Notes: a model not told the origin generated them from the sequence alone. Shown: positions 1-9,615, numbered from the stretch's first letter. The stretch: DNA of 15,940 bases from Octopus sinensis (GCF_006345805.1 NW_021825313.1:1-15940), one strand, 5' to 3'. Made by a program: numbers and translations.

Positions 1-325
1 ACGCATGTGTACACATATACTATAGACATGTGTATATATTATCTTTTGCAGTCATTGAACCGCAGCAATGCTGGGACTCCACGTTGAATATTAAAATCAA
101 CCAAATCGACCCCGGGGCTTATTCTTTGTAAGCCCAGTACTTATTCTATGGGTCTCACTAAGTTACGAGGACGTAAACACACCAGCATCGGCTGTCATGC
201 GATGTTGGGGGAACAAACACAGACACACAAACATATACATACACGCACACACATACATACATACATATATATATATATATATTATATATAATATAATAAG
301 CGAGAAAGAAGCAACAAGAATGGAT

Positions 326-425
326 AGGTTTTTAGTAACGATCGTTTCATACAAGGACAGGTTTTTATTAAAAGTTGCAAAGATTACAGCATATAAACGA
401 GTCCCGTACTCATCAGCTAAATACA
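326..425 (-). ncRNA. Second hammerhead copy in the left inverted arm (variant)
   Basis: The - strand reads TATTTAG-CTGATGA (416-410)-same stem II-GAAAC (348-344)-GATC-GTTA-CTAAAAACCT. It has one extra T at the cleavage site and a weaker 5' stem I strand than the right copy. Confidence 0.7.
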
Positions 426-1173
426 TACATTAAGTTCTCTAGACATCCTAGTGTTTTGAGGCTATACTCATAAGTAATGTAGATAATTAAACAGATTTCT
501 AAAGTTCATTAAAGTTCTTTAAAATGATGTACAGTTTATCACAGAATTTTAAAAAGTTTTGATAGCATCACAGAGAAGGTGACCTAATCCATATGAATTT
601 CCATAGATATGATGAGGGATTATATACCTCACAGAAGACAAATTTATCCTTGTTAATTACAACGAGGTGGGTCTCATTCCTGCTTATTAGCATTACAGAG
701 AGGGTGAATTAATCCTTTGTATATATGCACAGATTCCAATGGTGTAGATGTAAATTTCCAGAGAAATGGAGATGAATTTCATATTCACAGGCGATAAATT
801 TTACAATGGTTGAACACAATGAGGTAGGTATCAATCCTTGTTATATGATTAGGTATTTGCCACATTAATCACATTACTGCTATTCACAAGAGGCTGTAGC
901 TATTTTATGTAATGCTAATAAGCAGGAATTGAGACCCACCTCGTTGTAATTAACAATGGATAAATTTGTCTTCTGTGAGTATATAATCCCTCATCATATC
1001 TATGGAATTCATATGGATTAGGTCACCTTCTCTGTGATGCTATCAAAACTTTTTAAAATTCTGTGATAAGACTGTACATCATCTTAAAGAACTTTAATGA
1101 ACTTTAGAAATCTGTTTAATATCTACATTCTTCATGAGTATAGCCTCAACACTAGGATGTCTAGAGAACTTAC

Positions 1174-1273
1174 AGGTATTTTAGCTGATGAGTACGGGAC
1201 TCGTTTATATGCTGTAATCTTTGCAACTTTTAATAAAACCTGTCCTTGTATGAAACGATCGTACTAAAAACCT
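1174..1273 (+). ncRNA. Type I hammerhead ribozyme, canonical core, extended stem II
   Basis: Stem I AGGT(A)TTTTAG 1174-1184 pairs with CTAAAAACCT 1264-1273 (one bulged A). CTGATGA 1185-1191. Stem II GTACGGGAC 1192-1200 pairs with GTCCTTGTAT 1242-1251. GAAAC 1252-1256, loop GATC, GTA triplet 1261-1263. Predicted cleavage is after 1263. Confidence 0.85.
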
Positions 1274-1417
1274 ATCCATTCTTGTTGCTTCTTTCTCGCT
1301 TATAATCACCCCACATTACTGTATTGTTAAATCAGTATAGTTTTTTTTGGTGCATCTAAGTTAGGTACCATATTCAAGTAATTTTTTTAAATTAACTTGA
1401 ATCTTTATTGCTCTTTG

Positions 1418-1420
<3 letters not shown>

Positions 1421-1471
<51 letters not shown>

Positions 1472-1486
1472 ATATATACATATATA
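1421..1486. repeat. (TA)n microsatellite, part of the SINE A1 internal tract
   Basis: Direct reading. Confidence 0.95.
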
Positions 1487-2000
1487 CGACGGGTTTCTTT
1501 CATTTCTGTCTACCAAATCCACCACAAGGCTTTGGTCGGCCCGAGGTATAGTATTAGACAGCTGCCCAATGTGCACACAGTGGGACTGAACCCGAACCAT
1601 GTGGTTGGTAGCAAGCTACTTACCACACAGCCAATCCTGCGCCTTGACAACGTCTTGCAAGTACGAAGTCGTTAAAGTTCATTCATAGATTAAGTTTGTA
1701 TATGGAACAGATAGAGTCATGGGAGACGAATACGCAACTATGCCCCCAACTCTCTCTCTATCTATCTATCTATCTCTCTCACTCACTATTCAGTTTTGTT
1801 ATATTTATTTAATATGCTGTCGTTTTTTTGCTTTGTTTTATTTTGTATGTTTGTTTTTTTAACAGCGAAGTATTTTTTTCAATAAGGTAGAAAGAGCAAA
1901 ACGAGGCAACTGCTGAGATGGTGGAAGATTTTGTATAAGCAGTGTGTGTTTTCTGAATTGCAGTGACAAGCGAGAGAGATTGCCGACAATAGATATCAAT

Positions 2001-2003
2001 AGA

Positions 2004-2050
<47 letters not shown>

Positions 2051-2150
2051 TGGGAAAGATTGCGGGATAAACAGAGATAGAGATAGAGCGAAAGGGTAGC
2101 GGATGGGGAAAACGAGATAGCGAGCGAAAGATAGAGAGAGAGAGAGCGAG
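2001..2150. repeat. (AG)n microsatellite (2001-2046) with a degenerate GA-rich extension
   Basis: Direct reading. Confidence 0.9.
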
Positions 2151-2289
2151 GAAATATATTTAAGTCAATAATTCTCTTACAACAGATCACTTTCTCACGA
2201 AATAACTTAATGACGGGGTTAAAAGATCAGAAGGTACGCAAACATTCACTGCCTCCCCCCGACACACACAGTCTCATACACACAAACAT

Positions 2290-2490
2290 ACATAAATCAT
2301 GTACAAAGCTAGAAAGAGACATAAAGGTGAAGTAAAAAAAAAAAACAGAAAAGATTGTATAAGGTTTACACTGTGGAAATATAGAAGGAAAATCTTTTAC
2401 GCTTCGAGCATATGCTCTTTCTCAGAAAGAAAAGACGTGGAGAGAAAGCAATAATGGGGAGAGAAAATAAGAAACTTGTCTCGGTTAGAC
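2290..2490 (-). mobile_element. Probable PLE pseudo-LTR remnant with a decayed minimal hammerhead (2393-2430); boundaries approximate
   Basis: The - strand reads TCTTT-CTGAGAA-A-GAGC-ATAT-GCTC-GAAGC-GTA-AAAGA. Stem I (5 bp), stem II (4 bp) and GTA are intact, with two core substitutions. A pyrimidine-rich leader precedes it and a T-rich tail follows. Confidence 0.6.
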
Positions 2491-2660
2491 GGCTACTGCA
2501 TGCTGAAATGACCGGAAAATAAAGAGGTTATTAGAAGCGTGAATGGTCTGAGGGACAGAGGTGTGGGTGGAAAGGTTGTCAATTAGGAACCTGAGATATG
2601 TGTGTGCGTGTGCCCGAAACTTTAGTTTGCGTGGATACTCTGTGTTTGTACGTATGCGTA

Positions 2661-2665
<5 letters not shown>

Positions 2666-2692
<27 letters not shown>
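2666..2692. repeat. (GT)n microsatellite
   Basis: Direct reading. Confidence 0.95.
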
Positions 2693-3025
2693 CGCATGCT
2701 GTTTTCTTGTTTTTTTTTGCGTGTGTATATATGTATGAAGATATGTATGCCATACTGGATGGTGTCACTTCGACTGGAGGTGACATAAGTTGTAGATGTT
2801 GGGAAATGTGTGGTATGTGTTTGCTACTATAAGGGTGAAGATGGGTATGGAAGTGTGTGGGGGCTTGTATGTGTGAAATAGAAAGGTGTTAGTGTGTGTA
2901 CGTTTGTAAGGGTATGTATATATGTTGCTTGAAAGTAAATGGTATTTACGGTATTGATTAATGAGTTAAGGTGTAGCGCATGTGTATGTTAAGTAGAAGT
3001 TGATGGAACAGTGTAAGAAGTAGTT

Positions 3026-3026
<1 letters not shown>

Positions 3027-3079
<53 letters not shown>

Positions 3080-3138
3080 TGTGTCTGTGTGTGTCTGTGT
3101 CTGTGTATGTGTGTATGTCTGTGTGTCTGTGTCTGTGT
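3027..3138. repeat. (GT)n microsatellite grading into (GTCTGT)n
   Basis: Direct reading. Confidence 0.95.
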
Positions 3139-3332
3139 AAATGTGTTTATGAAAGAGATGGAGAATTGGGACCGTGAGTGACTGAAGTATGAAGAGGGAA
3201 AATTAATTACTGCTCCAGACGGAGAGAGGCTACCAGGTGGCTTCTGTGCAAGGCCAGACAGATGTTTCAGAGAATGGCTAGTCAAACAGAAATGGCGCGT
3301 GATCAGTTGTCATTCCAGAGTGTCACTGCTCC

Positions 3333-3335
<3 letters not shown>

Positions 3336-3421
<86 letters not shown>

Positions 3422-3422
3422 G

Positions 3423-3454
<32 letters not shown>

Positions 3455-3463
3455 GATAGATAG

Positions 3464-3530
<67 letters not shown>

Positions 3531-3535
3531 GGATG

Positions 3536-3624
<89 letters not shown>
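3336..3624. repeat. (GATA)n tetranucleotide array, ~290 bp
   Basis: Direct reading, with few interruptions. Confidence 0.97.
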
Positions 3625-3625
<1 letters not shown>

Positions 3626-3712
3626 GTTCTTCCATTAGTGGTTTCAGTTACCGGACATCAGCCATGCTGGGGCAACAATGCAAAATAAACACTGGCATAA
3701 TGAAGAGTACGC

Positions 3713-3716
3713 TCTG

Positions 3717-3759
<43 letters not shown>

Positions 3760-3933
3760 CTCTCTCTCTCACACACACCTGTATATGTATGAATATATGC
3801 GCATGTATATGCATAAATGTGTTTAAGTGCGTAAGTGTGTATGTGTTTTGCATGGATACGCATATGTACACACACACACATACACACACACACATACACA
3901 CACACACACACACAGACGTACGCACGCACGCAC
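3713..3933. repeat. Compound (CT)n / (CA)n / (CACG)n low-complexity region
   Basis: Direct reading. Confidence 0.85.
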
Positions 3934-4680
3934 GCTCAAACTTCTATCTCTTCTTTTGCATTTCCTCTGAGTAAGAATCTTCGTTATAGCGTAGCGTAAT
4001 TTTGCAGGAAATTATCGTCCAGAATTAAGGAGCAAAAACGTTGTCGCTCCTTATAAAGAACCATATCGTTGCTTTATTAAGCACGCACAAAATGAAATAA
4101 ATCGATAGATAAATAAATAAACAAACAAATTAATTAATTAATAAACAAGTAAAAGCTGACCTTCGGTTATAGTTGGCCTAGTTTTGAGATTTGAAGTGCT
4201 TACCTCTCCAACATCACACGACTTGTGTGGTAATTTTATAATTTCTTAGAGAACAGTAATTTTTAATTACTTCAGTACCTCTTTTATCCGGTCATGTCAT
4301 GCGAGCGTAAGGAAGTATCGCTAAACACAAAATTAAAAATTGTAAAAATAGTTTGAAATAGGAGAAACAGAAAGATTGCAGTTACAAAATGATTATGACA
4401 CGCACTATCGATTTCAAAAACCATAATTGTATCAGCCTGATAAAATTAATTTTCTATGTAAAATTCAAGCGAGCCTAATGTTTTCGACACAAACACGCAC
4501 AAGCAGTAAAATATGAGAAAAAGTTAGTAAATGTTTCTTGTGAATGATACGTTACGACGTCATTATGCTGTAAAAAGCGTTTAAATCAGTTGATACAAGA
4601 AGAAGCTGAGCAAAGCACTCAAACGTTTGTTGAGGCTCGAGGTTGTTTCGAAAAGTTGAAAAACAAAACAAAATAAAAAT

Positions 4681-4711
<31 letters not shown>

Positions 4712-5320
4712 CTGTAGTATTTAGACAGCAGGTGAGTGAGCAAGTGCTGACATCCAGACTACATCAGAATTTTCAGTACATTTGAACGGAAATCAGTAAA
4801 TATCTACTAAATCTAGTTTTTAATGAGAGTTATTTTAGACATGTTTATTCCTTAAAACTGTTTATTTCAAAAGAACGGGAAAAGTTACAATCGTAGAAAG
4901 CAGTAAAAGAGCATCTCACAAGTACTCGCTAAAGGTATGGAACTTAAGCTATTTCTTGTATATCATCCAGATATTTCAAGAGTTGTTAACGGTCACGTCA
5001 AATCTAGTCTGTTTTTTTTTTATATAGGAATCTACTACAAAGTCCGGCTTACACAAGAAATGGTTTACTCAAACTTTTGGTGCCATGAAATGTTTAAACA
5101 CTTCTGCATTTTAACATTGTCCCTGGTCATCCTTCAAATCACGATTAACTTTGGAACTGCTGATCTTTTAAAGTTATTTCAGCACATCACTAAAACAATT
5201 CATTGAACAGGGAGTCATTTCCGCTTTTAAGGCGTGTTATGTTAGACCTTTCAGTCAGTTGTTTTCAGCGACAGAAGATATTCACCGAACATCTAATAAA
5301 AATTCTATGAATATTCCATT

Positions 5321-5567
5321 ATCTTTCTTTTATCTTTTAACTGTTTCAGTTATTGAGCTGTGATCATGCTGGGGCACGGCCATGAAAAATTTTTTTTTTT
5401 TTTTTTAGTCGAATGTATCGACCCCAGTACGTATCTTTAAAAGCCTGGTACTTTTAAAAGCTTGGTATCGGTATCTTTTGCCGAACCCATAATTTAAGGG
5501 GACAGAAACATGCCAACACCAGTTGTCCAGTGGTGGAGGGTTCGGAACAAACACAAACACACACACA

Positions 5568-5617
<50 letters not shown>

Positions 5618-6020
5618 ACGGGCTTCTTTCATTTTCCGTCTACCAAATCCTATTCACAAGGCTTTGGTCAACTCGAGGCTTTAAAAGAAGACACTTGCCC
5701 AAGGTTCCTAGCAATGGGACTGAACCTTGAACCATGTGGCTGGAAAGCAAGAATCTTATTTCTTTATTGCCTACAAGGGGCTAAACTCAGAGAGGACAAA
5801 CAAGGACAGACAAACGGATTAAGTCGATTACATCGACCCCAATGCGTAACTGGTGCTTGATTTATCGACCCCGAAAGGATGAAAGGCAAAGTCGACCTCG
5901 GCGGAATTTGAACTCAGAACGCAGCGCCGGGCGAAATACTACAAAGCATTTCGCCCGGCGTGTTAACGTTTCTGCCAGCTTTGCCGCCAAAGCAAGATTC
6001 TTACCATACAGATACGCTGT
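5321..6020 (-). mobile_element. SINE family A, copy A2 (diverged), with a family-B SINE nested in its head
   Basis: Colinear with A3 and A4, with an internal (CA)n tract at 5560-5614. The head resumes after the insertion at ~6004 (CTTACCATACAG). Confidence 0.8.
5759..5988 (-). mobile_element. tRNA-derived SINE, family B (Meta-domain-like core), monomer
   Basis: Similar to 8124-8357. TSD of 15 bp with one mismatch: AAAGCAAGAATCTTA 5744-5758 / AAAGCAAGATTCTTA 5989-6003. Confidence 0.9.
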
Positions 6021-6730
6021 AAGCAAAATAAATAAATAAGAAGACTGCCTAGGGAGAAACTAAGCATACATGTGTAAGAACAAAATGTAGTTTATCAAGG
6101 CCGTAAAATACATGACAGCAGAATTTTGGTAGCTTTGTACAAAAGGATGAAAGAAATGGGGATTGGAAGAAATCTATGTTTGTGATACTTAGGTTTTATT
6201 GCTCACGGATAACGTGACTCCTAACCACGAAATCTGAAATGAGCTAAAAGAATCTGAAGAGGTTCCTCTGGATTTTAACGATAAAGATCTTAATTTAAAA
6301 GCTTTCGTGAAATAAGAAATGTTTTAGAGCGACTTTCAGAAGACCATTGAAATTCTGAATGAAACGTTGAAGTTATCACCTGAAATGTTTTAGGAAAGAA
6401 TTAGAGAGACCTGAGAAGACGATGATGCCAATTGAAAGGAATCGATAATAGCATATTTATTTTTTATTGGTTATTGTTTTTACTTGTCGCTAAAGGGGTA
6501 CACTGGACGGCAGTGTCCTCCTCACTATTCAATGATCCACCCTCAGATTCAGAAAATACAGTTTACAAAAATCTTCCCGCAAAAAGGAAAAAAAAATAAG
6601 TTTCTCAAAACCTGACTAAATTTTCATCTTGAACCAGAAAGAAAAGTAATTTTAAAACAATAAACCAGATGAACCAAAGAGACTGATCAAAAACTTTCCC
6701 AGGGAAGTAATAATATAGAGGAAGAAGTCA

Positions 6731-7199
<469 letters not shown>

Positions 7200-7435
7200 G
7201 ATAGTAAATGAAATAAAAAAAAAAACGATAAGCAATGTCAACAATGACAACACACACACAGATCAACGCAGTAGTTGAGAGATTTTAGAACTAGCATTTT
7301 TTTTCTTGTTGCAAAATCAGCGACACTTAATCAATACTACATCTGATCCCACCCTACAAAAACACCTTTTTCATTGAATCTAAACCCTAAACGTAAATTC
7401 TAATACTCACCGTAAACCTACACCATAACCCTAAG

Positions 7436-7612
7436 CAGTGCTTTTCAGCCTTTTTACTGGAGCGGAACCCCAAGGAAACATTTCACTGGCTCGAGGAACC
7501 CCTGTGCAATAATTTAATTGTCTTATGCACACATATCTGCACAGGAGAATTTAAAATTACTGTCGATTTTAGCATTTTTGTAACTTCTTGCGGAACCCCT
7601 GGACTGTACTGG
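7436..7612 (+). mobile_element. Possible hAT (Charlie-like) non-autonomous transposon left end
   Basis: Begins CAGTGCTTTTCAGCCTTTTT, resembling hAT-Charlie termini, with three G(C/A)GGAACCCC subterminal motifs (7462, 7493, 7590). It is truncated at a TA/TG tract and no matching right TIR was seen. Confidence 0.45.
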
Positions 7613-7615
7613 CGA

Positions 7616-7653
<38 letters not shown>

Positions 7654-8123
7654 TGCACGCGCGCATTTTCCAGCATAGACATAAGATGCAAGATGATCAA
7701 CTGAACTGAAACAATATACAGAATAGAATAACAGAATAACAGAATAAATACAATGAAATATGGGTAGAAACGAGCTGGCAACGTCCTTAACGTCGGTAAA
7801 TAAGCGCTATAGTATTGTACTATGAGCAACGCTTTTTAACTGTTCGTTGTTTTGTTATAATCATGTCCCGCGGTCATATATGACACATAGCGTAAACTAA
7901 CCATCATAAGCCGTTTAAAGCTTTTGACAATTACGCATTACAGCATGGTGTTATTCGATGGCGCAGAGGCGGTGTGGTACACCCTCGTCATTGCTTTTTT
8001 TTTTGTTATTTGTTCGTTTGTTTGTTGTTGCATTTTGTTTGTTTTTTTTTGTTTTTGAGGGTGGGTTGAATTCTCACCCTAATGCGGCGCTTAGAGTTTT
8101 TAATAGATTATGATTCATAATAG

Positions 8124-8357
8124 CAGGGCGGCGAGCTGGCAGAACCGTTAGCACGCCGGGCGAAATGCGTAGCCGTATTTCGTCTGTCGTTACGTTCCGA
8201 GTTCAAATTCCGCCGAAGTCGACTTTGCCTTTCATCCTTTCGGGGTCGATAAATTAAGTACCAGTTACGCCCTGGGGTCGATGTAATCGACTCAATCCCT
8301 TTGTCTGTCCTTGTTTGTCCCCTCTATGTTTAGCCCCTTGTGGGTAGTAAAGAAATA
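8124..8357 (+). mobile_element. SINE family B, full-length monomer
   Basis: A-box-like TGGCAGAACCG, B-box-like GAGTTCAAATTCC, core GCCTTTCATCCTTTCGGGGTCGATAAATTAAGTACCAG. Perfect 15-bp TSD TATGATTCATAATAG at 8109-8123 / 8358-8372. Confidence 0.93.
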
Positions 8358-8524
8358 TATGATTCATAATAGTTTATGAATATCAGTAGTTTATGTCTCA
8401 CTATGATTGAATGCTTTAATAGCTAGCAGCATGCATGCATGTACACACACACACACACACACACACACGCAAGCACGCACGCACGCGCACACAACACACT
8501 CAGACATACATACATATAGCTGGA

Positions 8525-8826
8525 GTGGAGGCACATGGCCTAGTGGTTAGAGCAGCGGACTCGCGGTCGAGGGATCGCGGGTTCGAATCTCAGACCGGGC
8601 GATGTGTGTGTTTATGAGCGAAACACCTAAGCTCCACGCGGCTCCAGCAGAAGGTAATGGCGAAACTTCTGCTGACTCTTCCGCCACAACATTCTCTCAC
8701 TCTTTCCTCCTGCATCTTGCAGCTCATCAGCGACGGACCGGCGTCCCGTCCAGGTGGGAAACCTATACGCCAAGAAACCGGGAAACCGGCCCTTATGAGC
8801 CAGGCATGGCTCGAGAAGGAACAAAC
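8525..8826 (+). mobile_element. tRNA(Arg)-like SINE, family C, with a V-SINE-like 3' box
   Basis: A box TGGCCTAGTGG 8536-8546, B box GGTTCGAATCT 8580-8590, and 3' GCGACGGACCGGCGTCCCGTCCAGG. Perfect 14-bp TSD TACATATAGCTGGA at 8511-8524 / 8827-8840. Confidence 0.88.
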
Positions 8827-9329
8827 TACATATAGCTGGAAAGGGGTTAAGAATGCATACAAATCAAAGGTTCTGGTTAAAAAGTAAGAGTGGAAACAGC
8901 ATGGACATATTTTTAAAGATTATTTTTTTATTTGTTTCTGTTTAATAGGACAGGATAAAAATTTACACTGAGTGGTCTGATTAAAAGAAAAAATGTTTTT
9001 AAAATATTTAAACTTATGTCCGAGCTGTTTCCATTTTTACATTTTACCTAAACACTCCAAGGTACACTCTCTCCCTTTTTTTTCTCATAGCTCCCTAATT
9101 CTTCTGTCCCTTTGCCTTTACCTCTTTTCTCTCCTTCCATGTGACTGGTGTTCACCCAAGCCTGACCTTTCTTGGTTCGACTACCATCCGTACAAGGTCT
9201 ATATTCCTCCCCATGCCTGTCATCTCTTATGTTCCTGCCGTAAGGTTTCACTTTCACACACGCCAGCTTAATTTAATTTGTCCTTAGTCGAAAGACACCT
9301 GTTGTTATGTCCTGTTATTTGCATTTGTA

Positions 9330-9615
9330 TTTGTGTACCATTTCTCCGTCTTTTTTCCGTCCTTATTTTCGTATACATTCGCTACTCTCTTCCAAGGAAT
9401 CTAATGCTCTTACCTTAGATTTTCCTTGGGGCTGGCCAGATTGGAGCAATCTCGAGTATAGCCACTGAGGAAAGAAAACTTCGAATGATCCGCCCGTGTT
9501 TTTTCTTGTCCCTCTTTTGTATCATCTGTCTCGATGTTTTGTTGTCCCTTTTTTTGTATCATCTAGCTATCTGGATGTTTTGCGTTCTTGTCCCATTTTT
9601 TTGTATTCCTTTTTG
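9330..9615 (+). mobile_element. Possible decayed PLE pseudo-LTR: hammerhead-like core, hairpin and ~40-bp tandem repeat
   Basis: CTGAGGA (9465)-AAG aaaa CTT-C-GAAT-GATC, a 13-bp hairpin at 9392-9429, a pyrimidine-rich leader and a T-rich tail. Stem I cannot be formed. Confidence 0.3.
9503..9610. repeat. Imperfect ~40-bp tandem repeat, ~2.6 copies
   Basis: The unit TTGTCCCT..TTTTGTATCATCT..CT.GATGTTTTG starts at ~9503, ~9542 and (partial) ~9585. Confidence 0.75.

Larger units (their letters stand above)
296..1303. repeat. Long inverted repeat, ~400-bp arms (296-697 / 908-1303)
   Basis: Direct reverse-complement match from ATAAGCGAGAAAG.../...CTTTCTCGCTTAT at the outer ends to ...GCATTACA/TGTAATGC... 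at the inner ends. The differences are mostly 1-nt indels. Confidence 0.97.
296..1420. mobile_element. Penelope-like element (PLE) remnant with inverted pseudo-LTRs, non-coding
   Basis: Inverted arms 296-697 and 908-1303 flank a 210-bp spacer. Each arm contains a hammerhead motif. An unmirrored ~117-bp tail (1304-1420) follows the right arm. Both flanks are (TA)n. PLE pseudo-LTRs are known to carry hammerheads and to occur inverted. No RT or GIY-YIG coding sequence was recognised. Confidence 0.7.
41..1645 (-). mobile_element. tRNA-derived SINE, family A, copy A1; split in its internal microsatellite by a 1.1-kb insertion (segments ~41-295 and ~1421-1645)
   Basis: Both halves are colinear with the uninterrupted copies at 6731-7199 and 10415-10841. 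The head on the - strand reads AGGCGCAGGATTGGCTGTGTGG (A-box-like) ... GGTTCAGTCCC (B-box-like). Confidence 0.85.
4294..6465 (+). pseudogene. Decayed pogo/Tigger-family DDE transposase, interrupted by (TA)n 4686-4711 and SINEs 5321-6020
   Basis: Manual translation gives motifs in Tigger order: MSCERKEVSLNTKLKIVK (4294, HTH_psq-like); TFVEARGCFEKLKNKT (end of CENP-B HTH); TAGE*ASAD (4725); LVFNE...FISKE...KAVKEHLT (4813-4920); LKLFLVYHPDISRVVNGHVKSSL (in ORF 4937); LLHFNIVPGHP (5101); EQGVISAFKACY (5205). A weaker acidic C-terminal region lies at 6030-6465. Many stops and frameshifts. TIRs unresolved; 3' boundary approximate. Confidence 0.8.

Noticed and set aside
296-1303. Inverted repeat as a pure sequencing fold-back chimera
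   Set aside because: The host SINE continues colinearly on both sides, and there is a 210-bp unique spacer and a one-sided tail. Read-level confirmation is still advisable.
3150-3335. Non-repetitive stretch with open frames on both strands as a host exon
   Set aside because: No convincing splice pair and no recognisable protein motif; it cannot be supported without RNA data.
3640-3685. TTTCAGTTA...GCCATGCTGGGGCA next to the GATA array as another SINE A copy
   Set aside because: It resembles the family-A 3' tail but is too short and diverged to call.
3968-6505. Candidate Tigger TIRs (3968-3991 or 4273-4291 versus ~6487-6505)
   Set aside because: Only weak, gapped complementarity and no clear TA TSD; the termini are left unresolved.
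7380-7434. TAACCC-like motifs as an interstitial telomere
   Set aside because: Only two or three scattered, imperfect units.
8527-8600. Possible genuine tRNA gene
   Set aside because: The acceptor stem does not close, and the sequence continues into a SINE body bounded by a 14-bp TSD. The same applies to the family A and B heads.
8703-8730. Antisense CTGATGA-G-CTGCA aga TGCAG-GAG-GAAA in SINE C as a hammerhead
   Set aside because: Extra bases separate stem II from GAAA, and no stem III or stem I can be formed.
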